57,005 nt of DNA from a virus (Duplodnaviria > Caudoviricetes), in the IMG/VR virus record IMGVR_UViG_3300000095_000003, positions 1 through 57,005 of that record, one strand, 5' to 3'. Made by a program: the position numbers and the translations under genes. The notes beneath the pieces are model-generated. The model was not told the origin of the DNA. It worked only from the letters and a program-made list of their open reading frames with translations, and searched no databases. Every line of letters begins with the position of its first letter. The stretch's first letter is position 1. Positions 45,686 through 56,500 of this stretch are shown piece by piece.

Positions 45686-45937
45686 TTATCCCTCAACTAA
45701 TCTATACCAATACTCAATATCTGGATGTTCAACTCTATTATTTAATTCATTAGCTTTTTCTTTAGCATCTTTCTCATGTAAGAAATCAAAGTAAGTATTA
45801 GTTTTCTTATCTCGATAATCAATAGATGCGTTATTTACTGTGCCAATTAGGTTAACTCTATAAATTCTATATTTCATAATTTTCTCTAAACGAGTTCTGC
45901 GAGTTAAAGTAGTGAAAGTAATGAAGTAACTACCCAA
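45686..45937 (-). CDS. hypothetical protein (start uncertain)
   Basis: co-oriented ORF. Confidence 0.45.
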   Translation of the reverse strand: MGSYFITFTTLTRRTRLEKIMKYRIYRVNLIGTVNNASIDYRDKKTNTYFDFLHEKDAKEKANELNNRVEHPDIEYWYRLVEG

Positions 45938-46039
45938 TAATAAAAAGATACATTAAGAATCAGACTAACTAAAGCTACAAATATTGCAAACCATTCTAAT
46001 GGAGTCAATGATTTAATAAATTTGATCATTTTACTCATA

Positions 46040-46321
46040 TTAGTACACTGCATAAGTTTTGAACATCATTGCATGATTCGACATATCTCGATAGTGCCAA
46101 TTGTTTATATCGTTAATATCTAAATCTCTAGAAGTGAACCAATTACGAACTTTAATTTCTGATTCTTCTTCTGTATCTCCTAAGAAAGCTTGAAGAACTA
46201 TAAGAGGTTCGTCTAGCCATACACTTTTTAATCTATGGTCTAATGTAACTTTATCTACATCAAATTGAGCTGGTAGAGTTATGTAACCTAAGACATTATC
46301 TATATAATACGTTTTAATCAT
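46040..46321 (-). CDS. hypothetical protein
   Basis: co-oriented ORF. Confidence 0.55.
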   Translation of the reverse strand: MIKTYYIDNVLGYITLPAQFDVDKVTLDHRLKSVWLDEPLIVLQAFLGDTEEESEIKVRNWFTSRDLDINDINNWHYRDMSNHAMMFKTYAVY

Positions 46322-46556
46322 AGTAAATAGCGCTATAATTCCACCAACTATTCTTTTTTGTGTAACCTATAGTATAATCCCACCCCCAATCTTCTAATAG
46401 CAAGACTTCTTCAGGTGTTAGTTTATTATCTATATGATTCATTTCTACACTAAGATTTTGGTCATAACCTATTCTTGCTTTACTATCTGGGTAAACTCTA
46501 AGTAATAAAAGTAATCCATTAAGTAAATATTGACTTGCTTTGTCTCTAATTTCCAT
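46314..46556 (-). CDS. LING-LL family paralog
   Basis: LLNGLLLLLRVYPDSKA...LEDWGW. Confidence 0.55.
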   Translation of the reverse strand: MEIRDKASQYLLNGLLLLLRVYPDSKARIGYDQNLSVEMNHIDNKLTPEEVLLLEDWGWDYTIGYTKKNSWWNYSAIYYD

Positions 46557-46761
46557 ATATTTTAGGTAATCCAGTTATCTCTATCACTACTCTCACTCCA
46601 TCTATATTATTAGGAATATTATGATCCTCAATCGGTTCTGATATATGAACGATTAAGAAATATCCATCTTTATCATAAGCTAATCCAATACCAGTAAGAA
46701 GGTCTTTAACTGTAGGAAGTAAAGATTGTTTAGCTTTTCTAGCTTGTTGTAGTGTAATCAA
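46546..46761 (-). CDS. small hypothetical protein
   Basis: ITLQQARKAK...TGIGL...IPNNIDGVRVVIEITG. Confidence 0.55.
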   Translation of the reverse strand: MITLQQARKAKQSLLPTVKDLLTGIGLAYDKDGYFLIVHISEPIEDHNIPNNIDGVRVVIEITGLPKIYGN

Positions 46762-46764
46762 TTT

Positions 46765-47070
46765 TTATTCACAGCTTGATACTTCTTTAGTTATTTCAAT
46801 AATTGCCCAGTCAGGAATTGGTTCTAAACCTTCTTCTTTGTTATAGTAGTCTCTGCCGTGTTCTATAAATCTATCTATAAAACTTTTATGTACTGCTAAA
46901 TAAGTTGTCCAATAATAGCAACTCTGTTCAGTAGTAAATATAAAGTCTTGGTCTAATAAAAATCTACGGTACTCCTTATTAGCTGCTTTAATAGCTTCAA
47001 TATTCTTCTCAATACCATCTTTTAATTCTTTCTTTTGTGTTTCATTCAAAATTAATACACATATGCCCAA
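46765..47070 (-). CDS. P.WAII-family domain protein
   Basis: FLLDQDFIF...YLAVH...IPDWAII. Confidence 0.55.
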   Translation of the reverse strand: MGICVLILNETQKKELKDGIEKNIEAIKAANKEYRRFLLDQDFIFTTEQSCYYWTTYLAVHKSFIDRFIEHGRDYYNKEEGLEPIPDWAIIEITKEVSSCE

Positions 47071-47294
47071 TACTTTTTACCTGTTATCACATCTTTATAT
47101 ACTTCCCATTTCAATATAGCTAGTTGTGTTTCATCTTCTTCTCCTATATCTCTATCGGCTGACCCAAATATAAAAGTTCCATAAGAAGTAGTTAAATCAT
47201 GTCTTGCGTCTGGCTGATGTTTTAGAATGAGCAACATTCCGTTAATTAACTCTTCAGTATACTCACTATTAACTGCGATTGGTAGATTAATCAT
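47052..47294 (-). CDS. LING-LL family paralog
   Basis: LINGMLLILKHQPDA...LAILKW. Confidence 0.55.
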   Translation of the reverse strand: MINLPIAVNSEYTEELINGMLLILKHQPDARHDLTTSYGTFIFGSADRDIGEEDETQLAILKWEVYKDVITGKKYWAYVY

Positions 47295-47804
47295 TTAAAT
47301 TACCTCATCTATAATTCTCATTTCTAGAGCTTCTTCTGCATCTAAATATTTATCTACTACTAACCATTCTTTAGTGATTTCTGAACTCCGATTATTATAA
47401 ATCTCTACAATCTTAGTCATTAATTTATCAGAACATTTATGAGCGGCCGTACCATTACTAAATCGGTGGTCGGAATAATGACTTAACTCATGAAATCCTA
47501 ATATTGCGTTTCTATACATCACTACTTTATGCCTAGTAGTAAATAAACAGAATGTAGCAGCAGAACCTACAAAAGCAGAAATATAGATCGTTACTTCTAA
47601 TCTAGTAGAATTTAAAATATCGTACAACTTGAGTCCTTCAAATACGTCTCCACCACCAGAACTTAAATAGAAGTTGAGAGTTGTATTATTCTTATCTTTC
47701 TCTAACTTATGAATTTCTTTTAATACATCATTGATAGACTCCGGTGTAATCTCACCTATAAAGTATAAGTTATTATTTATTCTTTCTACTTTATTTATGC
47801 TCAT
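47295..47804 (-). CDS. clpP: ClpP-family serine protease
   Basis: LYFIGEI, YLSSGGGDVFEG, catalytic GSAAT, FHE, DKYLDAEEALEMRIIDEV. Confidence 0.85.
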   Translation of the reverse strand: MSINKVERINNNLYFIGEITPESINDVLKEIHKLEKDKNNTTLNFYLSSGGGDVFEGLKLYDILNSTRLEVTIYISAFVGSAATFCLFTTRHKVVMYRNAILGFHELSHYSDHRFSNGTAAHKCSDKLMTKIVEIYNNRSSEITKEWLVVDKYLDAEEALEMRIIDEVI

Positions 47805-47919
47805 TTTTATCTTTACCTTTTAGTGCTTCTTTTATCTTAGAAAATAAGGGATGTTCAGGTTTTTCTTTCTTATCTTTATCTTGTGTCATATCTCCAATCT
47901 CTAAGGAGGTCTACCGACT

Positions 47920-47950
47920 AAAAAAAGTAGCTAGCTATTAACTAACTACT
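47920..47950 (-). terminator. intrinsic terminator
   Basis: AGTAGTTAGT/GCTAGCTACT stem followed by T7. Confidence 0.65.
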
Positions 47951-47982
47951 CTAATGAATTGCTCTTTAACGTATCTTTATAC

Positions 47983-48363
47983 TCAGCTATAATGACTAAA
48001 ATTACTAAGGAACTTCCCTAATCTACTCATCTTCCTCCCTTCAGATTTCATAACTAAATCATCTAATGGAGTAACAGTATTCTTAATTGCGTTACCTGTA
48101 GCTTTTGCACCTTGTTTAGTTCTATAAGCAGTTTCTTTTGGATTTTTGATTAGTAACACTCCTATTCGCTTCTTAGCTTTATCTAGAAAAGAACGTCTTG
48201 GTAATTCAATGTTACCTTTATTCTTAATAGTCTTAGCTACTTTGTCGTATTCTTTAATGTTGGTAAGAGTATTCTTAGGTATTTTAGCTACTTGTTTTGG
48301 AGCTTCTACCACTTGTTTCTTTGCTACTGTAAGAGCTGATTGTAAAAATTGTCTACGATTCAT
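47983..48363 (-). CDS. basic protein with two twin-arginine (RRxFL) motifs
   Basis: MNRRQFLQ and LPRRSFLD; no hydrophobic h-region. Confidence 0.55.
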   Translation of the reverse strand: MNRRQFLQSALTVAKKQVVEAPKQVAKIPKNTLTNIKEYDKVAKTIKNKGNIELPRRSFLDKAKKRIGVLLIKNPKETAYRTKQGAKATGNAIKNTVTPLDDLVMKSEGRKMSRLGKFLSNFSHYS

Positions 48364-48498
48364 TATTTCTTTTTCTCATTATCTTTGTCTTCTTGTTCTT
48401 TTATAGTTTTGTCTAATGTTTCTTTAACTTTTTCTTTTCGTTTATCTGAATCTTCTGACATAATGCACACCCTGAGATATTTATGTCTTAATTTTAAC

Positions 48499-49281
48499 TT
48501 AGACTTCTACTATTAATTGGTATTGAAATTTATCATTGTCACCTTCTATCCCGGAATTATTTGGGTAAGTAATACAAGTGTTGGGAGTTTTCGGATATCC
48601 TCTAGGATTAGATATTGCCCTACATCTATCAGAGAATTGGTGATCTATACTATCATGTGAATGTCCAAATACTGATAAATCAAACTTACTCAAGTATTTT
48701 CCTATATCGTTTAAGTAGAAGCAATTCATTTCGTTACCTACATATTTAGGTGAAATAAATCTACTGTGAGGAACATGATGAGTAATTAATACTTTCTTCG
48801 ATTCATTATCTTCTATACTTTTTATAAATTTAATAGCTTCTCTAGACCATTTATCTGGGGCAAAGTCTTTTATACATCGGTAATCATTGAGATGGTATTT
48901 TAGTAATTGAGTATCTACATTTTCTTCAAACCAAAGAGTTGTTCCGTAGAATGTAATATTATCTATAGTTATCTGGTCGTTTTCTAAGGTATGTACATTA
49001 CGGTAGTTGGTTAATAACAGTAAAATCTGACACTGTACTTCTTTAAAAGAACAACCATAATACTCGTGATTGCCTAATACGTAAATAATATTCTCATATC
49101 TATCTTGTACAATATCTAGAAACGTATATAGATTACTTACACAAGTTTTATTAAGCGCACAAATATCTCCTGCTAAAATAAGTGTTTGTGCTGGAGAATT
49201 AGATATCTTATATGCTAGTTCTTCTACTTGTACAGGAATAAGAAACTCTAAATGTAAATCTGATACTAATTGTATTTTCAT
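48499..49281 (-). CDS. calcineurin-like metallophosphoesterase
   Basis: SDLH, AGDI, GNHE, THHVP, GHSH, NPRGY. Confidence 0.92.
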   Translation of the reverse strand: MKIQLVSDLHLEFLIPVQVEELAYKISNSPAQTLILAGDICALNKTCVSNLYTFLDIVQDRYENIIYVLGNHEYYGCSFKEVQCQILLLLTNYRNVHTLENDQITIDNITFYGTTLWFEENVDTQLLKYHLNDYRCIKDFAPDKWSREAIKFIKSIEDNESKKVLITHHVPHSRFISPKYVGNEMNCFYLNDIGKYLSKFDLSVFGHSHDSIDHQFSDRCRAISNPRGYPKTPNTCITYPNNSGIEGDNDKFQYQLIVEV

Positions 49282-49283
49282 CG

Positions 49284-49502
49284 TTAGCCCATTAATATAT
49301 AATAATTTTCATCTATGTATCTTTTAATGTGTGGCTCTACTTTTAATGTACGAGACGCAGTAGTTAAACTATTAGCTATTCTTTCCGCATTATCTTTATT
49401 TAGAAAGATAGCTATTTTATTAGTGCAATCGTCTCGTACAATGTCTCTATCTATTGATTCCTCTTCTAGATAATCTTCATACCAAATAACGTAATAACTC
49501 AT
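49284..49502 (-). CDS. small hypothetical protein, paralog of 49499..49708
   Basis: YY.I...NKI....K..AER.A pattern in both. Confidence 0.5.
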   Translation of the reverse strand: MSYYVIWYEDYLEEESIDRDIVRDDCTNKIAIFLNKDNAERIANSLTTASRTLKVEPHIKRYIDENYYILMG

Positions 49503-49708
49503 GTTTCGTCTATATCTACATAATCTTTATCAAAATCTAAAATCTTATAAGGAATTACTTGTACTAAATAATAATCTCCTATTATTTCACAAGCTTTTCT
49601 TTCTGCTGTTGTTTTTCTTGTATAAAGTTGAATTTTATTATTTACATTATAAAGACGAGTACCAGAACAATTTGTACATTGAATTGCGTAATAAGTAGAT
49701 ATCGACAT
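49499..49708 (-). CDS. small hypothetical protein, paralog of 49284..49502
   Basis: YY.I...NKI....K..AER.A pattern in both. Confidence 0.5.
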   Translation of the reverse strand: MSISTYYAIQCTNCSGTRLYNVNNKIQLYTRKTTAERKACEIIGDYYLVQVIPYKILDFDKDYVDIDET

Positions 49709-49713
49709 AATAA

Positions 49714-49932
49714 TTAATCTCCAATATTATTTTCTATCTTTGGTTTGTTAGGTGTAATGTAATTACTTGTAGTATTTAACTCTACCGGACTTATAATTAT
49801 AGCTACTATAACCGCAAATATAAGTATCATCCAAGAAAAAGGCGCTTTCTTAGACTCTACTTTCTTCTTGCTATCTTCTTTATCTTTAGAATTAACTTCT
49901 TTAACTTGTATGGTATATGTCTTATTTTTCAT
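49714..49932 (-). CDS. small membrane protein
   Basis: hydrophobic stretch WMILIFAVIVAIIISPV. Confidence 0.55.
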   Translation of the reverse strand: MKNKTYTIQVKEVNSKDKEDSKKKVESKKAPFSWMILIFAVIVAIIISPVELNTTSNYITPNKPKIENNIGD

Positions 49933-50161
49933 AATTATTCAGTAAATAGTAATAATTTATCAACTAATCTGTCTTCTAATATATTTTCTAACCTATACCA
50001 GTAATTAATTTCTTCTTTAGAAAATTCTTATCGTAGTTTAATTCAATATAATACTTAAGAAAATTCCAATGTTTGATTGTAGTAGATACTAAATTACTAG
50101 CATCTATTTTATTCTCGATAAGATTGCAACCTATCGTATAGCTCTTGTTCTTTGCTCATAA

Positions 50162-50554
50162 TTACTCCACAAATAAACTTAACTTTTCTATCAATTCATT
50201 AGAAAGTGATTGATCTAAGTTGTCATAATCTTCTCCCCAATTTTCTTTATTAATACGATTCATATAAAAGAATTCAATAGTTCCACTACTAAATAGTTCA
50301 CATTCTAAATAATGCTCATCTTTATCCCAAGCGAACATTATATGAAAATCTCCTTCATTACTTTCACTAGGACAACAATCGGGAATCTCTAAGACTTCAC
50401 CTTTTTGAGCTAATTTATGTATTAATAGTGTAATTAAATCTTCCGCTAACCATATAACGGATTCATCTCCATTAATTCTTTTAGCCTCATCTTTTAGAGA
50501 GTTGAGATAACTGTTCATTCGTCTTCTTCGATTTAGTTGATATTCAGTAACCAC
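50162..50554 (-). CDS. hypothetical protein, tandem paralog of 50558..51004
   Basis: F.W......L.C.L...G..EF.Y.N.I.KE..GEDY in both. Confidence 0.6.
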   Translation of the reverse strand: MVTEYQLNRRRRMNSYLNSLKDEAKRINGDESVIWLAEDLITLLIHKLAQKGEVLEIPDCCPSESNEGDFHIMFAWDKDEHYLECELFSSGTIEFFYMNRINKENWGEDYDNLDQSLSNELIEKLSLFVE

Positions 50555-50557
50555 TAT

Positions 50558-51004
50558 TTAATCCTCAGTAAATTTAGATAATAGTTTAAATATACCTTCT
50601 GGAAAATCATTGTTCTCTGGGTGATAGTCTTCTCCTAACTCTTCTTTAGTAATCTTATTTCTATATTGAAATTCAAAAGAACCATCTACTAATAGGTCAC
50701 AGCATAACCATTCTGTCTTATTTTTCCAATAGAAAGAGATTATAATTCCTAGATCATCTGTAGGAAAACGTGGATCAAAAATAATATTAGGTATTAGTAG
50801 TTTTTTACTAACTCTAGCTTTAAATAAATTCCAATGTTCTAGAGCTTTATCTATTATTAGATCTGTATTTATTAACTTAATACATTCTGCTCTTAGATCG
50901 TTTAAGCATTCCATCAATTCTGCTTCTGTATTAATCTCAAATTCAGGACATGAAAAACTATAAGTCATGATATTTCTCTCATAAATAAATAAGAATCCCC
51001 ACAA
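50558..51004 (-). CDS. hypothetical protein, tandem paralog of 50162..50554
   Basis: F.W......L.C.L...G..EF.Y.N.I.KE..GEDY in both. Confidence 0.6.
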   Translation of the reverse strand: MWGFLFIYERNIMTYSFSCPEFEINTEAELMECLNDLRAECIKLINTDLIIDKALEHWNLFKARVSKKLLIPNIIFDPRFPTDDLGIIISFYWKNKTEWLCCDLLVDGSFEFQYRNKITKEELGEDYHPENNDFPEGIFKLLSKFTED

Positions 51005-51041
51005 TAGAGATTCTTTAATAGTATAGCTAATTAATTGAAAG

Positions 51042-51302
51042 TTAATTATTTTGAGTTTGATTGCAGATAAACCCTCTTATCTTATCTAGCTTAATTACTC
51101 CTGTTAAATATAGATGTTCAGCTATTTCAGCAAATTCACTAGCAGTACAAAATAACTCTTGATGTCGTTCATTAGTTAGAGTTAAATGAGAGTCATCTTT
51201 TATTGTTTCTCCTTCTACTACTTTTACTGTTAAGCAATTAGCAATTGTACAACAAGAAGTTACTAATTCCTGTCCGTTTACGTTTTTCTTAGTTATTGTC
51301 AT
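51042..51302 (-). CDS. hypothetical protein, tandem paralog of 51289..51564
   Basis: MTIT...TS...TN....C...EF pattern in both. Confidence 0.55.
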   Translation of the reverse strand: MTITKKNVNGQELVTSCCTIANCLTVKVVEGETIKDDSHLTLTNERHQELFCTASEFAEIAEHLYLTGVIKLDKIRGFICNQTQNN

Positions 51303-51564
51303 TTTTATCTACGTCCCAATTAACTTTTAAAGCTATTCCATTAGTCTTGAAATAAATGTAAAGATCAATAAATTCGTCACTCTTACAGATAAAAGTGTCT
51401 CCATCTTGATTAGTAAATTTATAGGAATCATATTTATCACTATCTTTACCTTTACAAATCTCTATTCTTAAGAAGGAAGTATTATCTACCTTTGAAGTGA
51501 TAACCTCTTTACTTATAGAATCTTCTCCTTCTGTTGAATCAATCCATTCTGATGTTATTGTCAT
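51289..51564 (-). CDS. hypothetical protein, tandem paralog of 51042..51302
   Basis: MTIT...TS...TN....C...EF pattern in both. Confidence 0.55.
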   Translation of the reverse strand: MTITSEWIDSTEGEDSISKEVITSKVDNTSFLRIEICKGKDSDKYDSYKFTNQDGDTFICKSDEFIDLYIYFKTNGIALKVNWDVDKNDNN

Positions 51565-51606
51565 GTTTTTATACTATTATATAGGTACTTCATATTATAT
51601 ATTAAA

Positions 51607-53190
51607 ATGTCAAAGAAAAAGAATGAACAGTTAAGCAAAATAGATCAAGAGATAGAGTTTCTACTTAATCAACAGAAATATCTTAATGCTTCTAATTCTC
51701 TATATGATTTCCTTAAAGTTGGGTTTGAACACGTTGAATCTACTCCATTTAGAGATAGTAGATTAGCTCAAGCGTTAAGCGAACATTTAGAAGCTGTAAT
51801 GGCAGGACAGATTAAACGACTCATTATCAATATTAGTCCTCGTACAATGAAAACTCTGTTAACTGGGGTTTATTTTCCTGCTTATTGGTGGTTGAAGAAA
51901 CCTCATCTTAAGTTTATTTATTGTAGTTATAGCTTTGATATTGCTAAGGAATGTTCTGAGCAATTTAGAAAGCTAGTTAATGATGATTATTACTCTCTAG
52001 TTCAAAATACTATGGAAGATCTAGTAGATAATCCTATAGAACTAATAAAAGATACTGAGAAAGTAATTTATAATAATTATCAAGGTAAGAGATATACTAT
52101 TGGGATTGGCGGTTCTATTACTGGTAAAGGAGCTGACGTAATCATTCTAGATGACCCATTAAAAGCTAGTGAGGCAGATTCTAAAAAAGTGGTTCTTAAG
52201 ACTAATAAATTTGTAGGAGGAACACTTATTTCTCGTTTTAATCCTTCTAGTGAAGAGAAAGCACTTATTGTTATTCAGCAACGATTAAGAGAGAATGATA
52301 CTTCTGGTTATTTAATAGAAGAGATAGGCGGATTTGATAGATTAGTTTTACCTTTGCTTTATACTGGTGTTTCTCCTAGTTCTACTAAATTGGGTTTTAA
52401 AGATTGGAGGAAAAAAGTAGGAGAGATATTAGTTCCTGAACTTCTTGATATAGAGACTATTAAGAAGATGGAGATTGAGTTTACTCCTTTCGAGTTTGAA
52501 CGTCAGTGTCAGCAAAATGTGAAGGGTACTGCTGGTAACGTTATCTCTAATAAATACTTCAAAGAATTTCAGAATGCTCCACCTTATGAGCAATATATTC
52601 TCGCTGGTGACTTAGCACAATCAGTAAATGACCAAGCTTGCTATACAGGATTAGTGATTTTTGGTATATATCAAAATAAGTATTATGTAGTAGATGTAGT
52701 AGAAAAGAAATTAGGTTTTGATGATTTAATTATTGAAGTAAAAAACCTACTAAATAAATATCCTTGTGCTTATAAAATTATAGAAAATAAAAGTGTCGGC
52801 CCTGCTTTAGTTTCTGCATTATCTCAGCAAATCCCTGGTTTTATTGCATTAGAACCTAGAGAATATGGGACAGATAAAGAAAGTCGATTAAAAGCTACTA
52901 TTCCTGCATTTATGTCAGGTAAGATATATTTTCCTACTAAAGAAACTTGTGAGAAGATAGTTACTCTAAAAGACCAATTAGTAACTTTTCCATTATGTAG
53001 GAATGATGATGTAATGGATGCTTTCTGCTATGGAGTTTTATGGTTAGAGAGAAATAGTAGAGTAGTAAGTAGCTCAGAAATACTTCAAGTTCCATCTGAA
53101 TATATAAAACAAAGAAGGAACATCTTTATTGATACTCCTTCTCCTAATATATTTGGTTCTACTAATACTTCTACTAGATTTAGATTTTGA
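51607..53190 (+). CDS. terL: terminase large subunit
   Basis: RLIINISPRTMKT, GGSITGKGADVIILDDPLKA, IQQRL, nuclease acidic residues AGDLA, IENKSVG, NDDVMDA. Confidence 0.92.
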   Translation: MSKKKNEQLSKIDQEIEFLLNQQKYLNASNSLYDFLKVGFEHVESTPFRDSRLAQALSEHLEAVMAGQIKRLIINISPRTMKTLLTGVYFPAYWWLKKPHLKFIYCSYSFDIAKECSEQFRKLVNDDYYSLVQNTMEDLVDNPIELIKDTEKVIYNNYQGKRYTIGIGGSITGKGADVIILDDPLKASEADSKKVVLKTNKFVGGTLISRFNPSSEEKALIVIQQRLRENDTSGYLIEEIGGFDRLVLPLLYTGVSPSSTKLGFKDWRKKVGEILVPELLDIETIKKMEIEFTPFEFERQCQQNVKGTAGNVISNKYFKEFQNAPPYEQYILAGDLAQSVNDQACYTGLVIFGIYQNKYYVVDVVEKKLGFDDLIIEVKNLLNKYPCAYKIIENKSVGPALVSALSQQIPGFIALEPREYGTDKESRLKATIPAFMSGKIYFPTKETCEKIVTLKDQLVTFPLCRNDDVMDAFCYGVLWLERNSRVVSSSEILQVPSEYIKQRRNIFIDTPSPNIFGSTNTSTRFRF

Positions 53191-53195
53191 TTAAT

Positions 53196-53576
53196 CTACT
53201 TCTTCTCAGGTTCTAAGAATGTATGACCTCTTTTAGCAAATCTCTTTCTAATAGTATCGTTTAATGCAAGCTTAGGTCGAAAATAACCTTTTACATTTAA
53301 GAAACTATTATTACCAATATCTCTACGTCTTGTATCAGGTAAAGTCTTAAGCTTAATAACTCCTAGAGGAGTCGTTACTTCATTACCTTCTTCTAGATAT
53401 TGAATGATAGATTCAAAAATAGAATCAAATACTTTAGATAATAGAACTTGTGATAGAACAGCTTCAGAGCTTTGTTTTACTTTAGATTGAATGCGAAGTA
53501 TAAGATCTTTCTTCGCTACTTTAGGAAATGTCATGTATGTTATATTGAAACAGTATTGCTTCATTATAATGTACAC
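53196..53576 (-). CDS. HU/IHF-like DNA-binding protein
   Basis: KKDLILRI...FDSIFESIIQYLEEGNEVTTPLGVIKLK...RRRDI...RPKL. Confidence 0.75.
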   Translation of the reverse strand: MYIIMKQYCFNITYMTFPKVAKKDLILRIQSKVKQSSEAVLSQVLLSKVFDSIFESIIQYLEEGNEVTTPLGVIKLKTLPDTRRRDIGNNSFLNVKGYFRPKLALNDTIRKRFAKRGHTFLEPEKK

Positions 53577-53584
53577 TTCTATTT

Positions 53585-56500
53585 ATGGCAACAGTATTGA
53601 AAAAGAAAAAATCTAAGAGTTCTCTAGATATTAATTATGTAGATAAATTCGTTAATAGCGTAGAGAATAAATTATATAACTTTAATCTAATGTTTTTAAC
53701 TCCTTATAAGAAAGAGTTAGATAATGGAGATTCTAGTGTACTAAACAAAATCTCTAAGAACTTTAATTTACCAACTTTAATAATTAAAAATGCTCTAGAT
53801 GAATTATGGAATCATCATTGGATATTAGGTCAGCAAGACATATTGAGTAACGAGAAAAATAAGAGAAGTAATTATTCTATATCATCTAATGAGCTAATCA
53901 CATTTGCTATCGACCCAAATCAAAAGATTGTAGATTCTACAGTAGAAAAGCGAATATTGAAAGAACAATCTATAAGAGTTGCTGCATTACAAAAAGAATT
54001 AAATAGAAAGAATCTTAGTCAACCTGATAAAAATACTATAAAAGCTAACTTAGACTTAATTAGTAATGAACTTCAACAATTCTTAGGTAGTTTAGGTAGT
54101 AGGAATATCACTCAAGATAAAAAGAATAAACAATTCGCTTCTATAGATGTTAGAGTTCGTGATTTACAAGAAACTATAAGAACTATGGAGCTTAAGTTAA
54201 ATGAATCTAATGCTCCTAATCCAAATGCTAATGGAATTGATATATTAAACTCTACTGAATTTGGTACTATCTATCAGAATAAGCGAACTCTACTGTTAGC
54301 CCAGAACTACTCTGAAGATTATAAGAAAAATGTAATTAAAAAGATTCGAGATTATTTCTCTAACAATGAAGGAGTAAAACCAAATAATAGAGAGCAGAAA
54401 TTATTTAATGCTTTAACTACTAGACAGGAGAAGGAGAATCAAGAGTATTATCAGAAGTTATTGAAAGACCCTGATTTAAAAGGAGAGGATAGAACTGCTT
54501 TAACTGCTATTGAAGATTTTATAGATGTAATTAGAGATACTAAGATAGTTGATGGTAAAAAAATACAAAGACCTCTCAATGATAAACAAATTCAAACATT
54601 TGCTACGGGAATAAGCGGTTATGGAAATGATGCTAAAGTTACTCCTCTTATAACTAGATTAAGAAAACAAACTGAGAATAGTGATTTATACAAAGATTTA
54701 GCTGACCAATTAATAAAATCAGTTGAGCCGTATCAAGCAAATAAAAAAGTAGCGAGATATCAAGAAAATGTACCTAAAGTAAAAAATGTAGAAGATATTA
54801 GAAATCTACTAAAAACTATAAAAGAAAGAGAAGTTAAGAATACTTTGATAGATGGGCAATATAAAGAAGGTGCATGGGATAGTAAAGCATTTAATGAACA
54901 AACTAAAAAATATGGAAAGTATAAACCAATTGAGTCTATAGAAAACGCTGCTAGTAATATCTTTGGTATTAGAAGAATCAAAAGAATAGCTGAAACAGAA
55001 ATATCTCTAGCATATAACTTAGGTCGATTAAAAAAACTAGAAGAACTTGGATATAAAAAAGTTAGAGTAACTAATGAAGCTGAGAATAGAGAAAATAGAG
55101 ACAGTGTGTTATCTCTAGGAGAACTTCAAAAGGTAAAAGAATCTTATAGGATAAATAAAGCATATAGACTACCTAATAGTAAGAGTTATATGCCAATTCT
55201 TTGTGACTATTGTTTAGGTAAGAATAACACTACTTTCGATATTAAATTAGATAAAGTATATGAAAATCCTGTAAACACTTCATTTAATAGATATTCTCCA
55301 TTTCCACCTTTTCATGTATCGTGTTGGTGTTATTTTGTAGGGGTAGATGAAGGTAAGAAAGAACCTAGCTTATTAAGTGAAGTAGCAGAAACTATAAAGA
55401 ATACTGTAGTTGCCGATAGTTTATCTAAAGAAAATACTAGCAAAACTACTTTCTATGATGACCCGTTTATTAAGAAGTTAGTTATAGCAGGAGTAGGTTT
55501 ATTAGGTGTAGGTACAGCATATTACGCATATCACAAATTAATTAAGAATAAAGTTCAGCTACCATTATCGTTACCTAAGACAAATACTAAGAAGATTAAT
55601 TTACTATCTACTACTAAAGTCGCAAATGAATTAGCAGAAGAGAATCAACAAGCTGCACTTAAAAGTTTTGTAGATAATTTAGATGATACAGCAATGATAG
55701 AAGTTGCTCAAAATGCTTCTAAGCTACCATTATCTCCTGTAGTAAAAACTGCTTCTACAGATTTAATTAGTAGTGTAGATCTCTTACTATCTACTAAAGC
55801 ATTTATATTATCTAATACTACTGAAGCTACTTTAAACAATCTTATATCAGATAATCCTGAATATTTATCTGTTCTCAATAATCTATTAAATTCTAAAAGA
55901 TCTTATGAAGATATTAGAAATCAGATATTAAGTGGTAAAGCTAAAACTAATCTAGATGACATTTATATAGAATATTTAGAATCTAAACAAAATTATGAAT
56001 CTCAGCTTAGACAATATTTACAAGTAACTAAAGATAAAAAATCTAGTATTGCTGATTTAAATGCACAACTAAATCTTAGTGCTAAAGAAACTCTATTAGC
56101 TAATCGTCAAAATCTTCCTGAAGGTACAAGTTTAGAAGCTGCATTAGAAAATTTAAAAAGTCGTCAAGCTATAGAAAGTAGCAAAACTCAATTAAAAAAT
56201 ATAGAAAGAAATCTAAATAAAGAACTTAGTAGCTTAGAAAATCTTCAGTCTAAAGAAAGTAAGTTAGTTGATTCTCGTTTAGAAGGAAGAGATACTAGAA
56301 CTAGAGCTGAACAACTTAAGAACTTCGATAGTAAAATACCTTCTGTAAATAAGAGTAGTAAGAACTTAGATTCTGTAGTTAGCAATATCAACAAGATTAA
56401 GCAAGACTTAAATGATACTCGTCTCAATATTGATACTATAAGGAGTATTAGTAAGAGACGTTTAGATAGTTCATCTATTACTGATAGAGCTTTATTACTC

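Noticed and set aside
53-56427. Short opposite-strand ORFs in the track (53, 4608, 8256, 11273, 12309, 15780, 16636, 19925, 21120, 26184, 26418, 27279, 33123, 48146, 49501, 54760, 56245)
   Set aside because: Antisense shadows of better-supported genes, with Ser/Leu/Phe-rich composition
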